DNA of 64,000 nt, from positions 620,001 to 684,000 of the forward strand of contig RDEW01000003.1 of NCBI GenBank assembly GCA_011109175.1, read 5' to 3'. The DNA is from Dicyema japonicum. Its lineage: Eukaryota > Animalia > Dicyemida. Shown here in pieces: positions 63,846 to 64,000 of this stretch (its first letter is position 1; each line of letters opens with the position of its first letter). The translations under genes and the position numbers were made by a program. The notes under the pieces were generated by a model that was not told the DNA's origin, ran no database searches, and saw only the letters and a program-made list of their open reading frames with translations.

Positions 63846-64000
63846 CAATAAAAGTTTAACTTTATTGATCTAAAAAATTAAATTTTGAATTTTTTAGCCT
63901 AGCTAACAGTATCGGATCGCGAATAGGAAAAATGATGGGATAGCTCAATGAGCCCTTGCAATCGTCAGTAGAAATGCGTTCTCAATCATGAGAGCAGCCA

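Noticed and set aside
1-64000. TGA-to-Trp or other stop-codon reassignment
   Set aside because: Host genes end in TGA, TAA or TAG and have no internal stops once introns are removed, apart from the damaged lectin domains. In-frame stops are otherwise confined to decayed TEs.

Overview
This is AT-rich eukaryotic (animal) nuclear DNA, not prokaryotic. Six host-gene loci could be reconstructed by hand: a MAPR/PGRMC cytochrome-b5 protein, two near-identical RRP36 copies, a secreted EF-hand protein, a 4x C-type-lectin membrane receptor and NCBP3. All are split by ultra-short GT-AG introns, nearly all 22-26 nt, and use the standard code. This best fits a dicyemid mesozoan (inference). Most of the rest is nested transposon debris. 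It includes RTE LINEs, Ingi/Vingi-like APE-RT LINEs with 2A-like D(V/I)ExNPGP motifs, CRE-clade RLE retrotransposons with an N-terminal PHD finger (one nearly full length), hAT, pogo/Tigger, Ginger-like integrases, a FLYWCH remnant and a tRNA-derived SINE (one copy with a twin-priming inversion). A ~10-12 kb block containing RRP36 occurs twice (~20.5-30.4 kb and ~34.8-46.4 kb). Many single-base indels and one N at the block's left boundary suggest an imperfect long-read consensus, so some frameshifts may be artefacts. All calls come from manual reading and motif recognition; no database searches were run.
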